NCBI GenBank assembly: GCA_951406725.2
Contig: OX597827.1
Coordinates: forward strand, 19,530,001 to 19,594,000
Length of the DNA stretch: 64,000 nucleotides
From: Octopus vulgaris
Lineage: Eukaryota
Direction: 5' to 3'
Position numbers and translations under genes: made by a program. Position 1 is the first letter of the stretch; each line of letters opens with the position of its first letter. The notes beneath the pieces were generated by a model. That model made no database searches. It saw only the letters and a list, made by a program, of their open reading frames with translations, and was not told where the DNA came from. This document shows, one piece after another, positions 61,662 through 64,000 of the stretch.

Positions 61662-62626
61662 TGTTACGGAATCCCACCTGCCGTCGCTCAAACTCTTCGG
61701 AAAACCCGGGAACCTACCAAGTCGAGCGACGACGATTCACCGGCCCGATCGATCGAAAATTCGCCACGGACTCAAGGAGAGAGATAATTCGGTGGGGGAA
61801 AAGCGGCAGCAAACACGGCAACCGGCGACCGGAGATAACGACAACAACAACAGTAGGAAGAGACACAAAGAGAGACGGCGGAAGACAATTGGCTTACATT
61901 TAACAACAGTTTATAACAATTATTACAACATCAAATAAATCAAAGATACATCAGGTATACAACAAATCAAGGCATTTAAACATGCAGATACAATATACAA
62001 TGTTCAAATCAGTTCAGATCAATTAATGTTCACGATACGTTACAGTCCAATCAGAACAGTTCAATACATTAAAGTCTTTCTCTTTCTGTTACATTTCAAT
62101 ACAACTCAACAACACAGTTCTTTATAATCTCTTCATTTCTTTTCTTCCTCTTTTCCTTAATTCACAGTTCTTTTCACATATCAAACATAAACAACACATA
62201 CCGTTTCAATTCCTACTATAATAGCCGTGCCTTCTATCCGCCGTAGTCCCTCCTTCGCTCTCAGTCCTCTGTGTATGTCTTTCTCAACCTCTCATCCTCT
62301 CACTGTCCGCCTGTCGTTCTCAACGCTTTCACTGTCACTCTCTCGCCTGTCATCCCTCAGATTGTCTGTCTGTCTTTCTCAACTGCCCTGTTACCAACTC
62401 ACTGTCTCCGGCCGAACTGTCACAAACTCACAGCTCGTCGCTTTTTAAAGGGTAGCTTCCTTGACCCTTCTTTGACCGGGAAAAGGGCAGAGGTCTTTCC
62501 GAAGGCCATTACTATTTCGTGAATCTGACAGAACAAAGGACAATAACTTTAGATTCCAGACCTTCAGACTACAAACGAGCAAAGTAGGTCATAGCAGTTG
62601 TTTCCCGAATTGACCTACTCGTATCA
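61662..62626. mobile_element. Probable solo LTR
   Basis: TGTTACG...CGTATCA termini (TG..CA, imperfect inverted repeat) flanked by ATATAT on both sides; no coding motifs. Confidence 0.5.
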
Positions 62627-63353
62627 ATATATAGATAAAACTTACTTGGAAAAGTATGCGTGGCGTTCGCTCAAATAATAATATAAATAATATATAAGTA
62701 TATGAATATATACATACATATATGTACATACCTACATCTATATGTGTATATACATGCATATATGGGTACAGGACAAAAAAAAAACGTTGAACACAATGAG
62801 AAACGAAAACATGGAAACAAAAACATGGAAACAAACTTTCTTTCGAACAACGAAAAAACAGAGAAACGAGACATACAACATAAAGAATATTCTTCTTCAG
62901 TTGTCCCTGTTTCATCTACTCCACGTCGAAGGCAAGGACAAGACGCGACTTTGTTGAAACAGCCCTTCCCGCAAAGCAAATGAAATAAAATTTTGAATTT
63001 TTTGTGGTGGGTGAAAGTGGTAACAAGAACAGGACAGTGAAAACAAAACAGTAAAAGCAAACGGCGAGGGCTGTTAAGCCAAGACGATAGAAAAATTATG
63101 AACGCGAGGAAGACGAGCTTATGAAGGAGACAGTATAAGCACGTTTTTTCTTTACGAAGGTTGTGGGCAGAAAGATAGATTATCTTTCGTCACGTGTCAG
63201 CGACGAGAGAGTCGAGGAGGAGGAGTGACAGAGAGTGAACGGGGAAAGGGAGAGGAGAATAGGGAAGGGTGTGTGTATACATATATGTATATATGTATGT
63301 GTGTGTATATATGTATGTATATATATATATGTGTGTGTATATATGTATGTGTG

Positions 63354-63390
<37 letters not shown>

Positions 63391-63589
63391 TTTTTTCTTT
63401 ACCGGTTTCAGCCCAAAGCTTCAGTCATACTGTTGCACCACCTGTAGTTACTCAGTGTTGTTTCCTATATTGTTTTGGGTGAAGTAGAGAGTTAGACGGA
63501 GGTGCTCTTCTTTGCGTCTCCTGTCGTGATGGTGGTTCATATGGCGTCTCAGATGGAAACCTGTCCAGACGTTAGTTGTGTAGAATCAA

Positions 63590-63930
63590 TTTTTCTTCAC
63601 AAGTCACACCAGGCGATAAAAAAGACACAAAGCAGATTTCACAACGGCGTTCCTTTCATTTATGATTTTGCTCTATTTGTGTAACCTTCCAAGGAGGTGC
63701 GAATATCGAGCTAACTGTTAAATGGTCAACGTTTAGTTCTTCTGCAGTTGTTTTGTGTGAGTTCGCTTGAATAATGTTCCATAATTGGTCGTTGCGGGTC
63801 ATTCGTAACCTTTCTCTTCGTCACGTCTCTCTTTCCTAAGACATTTTTGGAGTTAATGTTGAGGTGTATATTGATAGATGGTTCCTTGGCCAAAGGTCTA
63901 GTTGATATTATTAGCAATTTCTGCTGCTTT
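63590..63930 (-). mobile_element. Highly degenerate mariner transposase fragment
   Basis: Minus frames AAEIANNIN*TFGQGTI and AEELNVDHLTV resemble mariner HTH regions. Confidence 0.45.
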
Positions 63931-64000
63931 ACGTTCCTCTTGGAACTCTCAGTATATTCGCTCGATTCTGCTTTTGCCTCCATCTTTAATATGACAGCTA

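Noticed and set aside
62640-63220. Possible Penelope-type repeat or third hammerhead
   Set aside because: There is no intact GAAACG or stem II arrangement, so the family cannot be supported from sequence alone.

Overview
Eukaryotic, AT-rich, repeat-dense genomic DNA. The SINE, MITE and microsatellite content resembles an Octopus (coleoid cephalopod) genome; this is recognition, not a search result. Bases 227-45374 (+) hold the 3' part of the cohesin subunit SMC3: 21 coding exons spliced by hand into one 2385-nt frame (794 aa + TGA) covering coiled coil, hinge, coiled coil and C-terminal ATPase head. The 5' exons lie upstream of the window. One SMC3 intron (15090-16718) is a U12-type AT-AC intron, and it is enclosed by an in-frame GT-AG alternative, giving a twintron-like layout. 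Introns and the downstream region are filled with tRNA-derived SINEs, RTE, CR1 and Dong/R4 LINE pieces, piggyBac, Tigger and mariner remnants, non-autonomous Helitrons, a telomere-motif MITE with 8-bp TSDs, a probable solo LTR and a multi-kb TA-rich microsatellite. Downstream of SMC3 is an intronless, disabled SKA3-like retrocopy fused to an RTE 3' tail. Two Penelope-type minimal hammerhead-like motifs also occur there. There are no rRNA genes, true tRNA genes or CRISPR arrays. Most ORFs in the supplied track are spurious.
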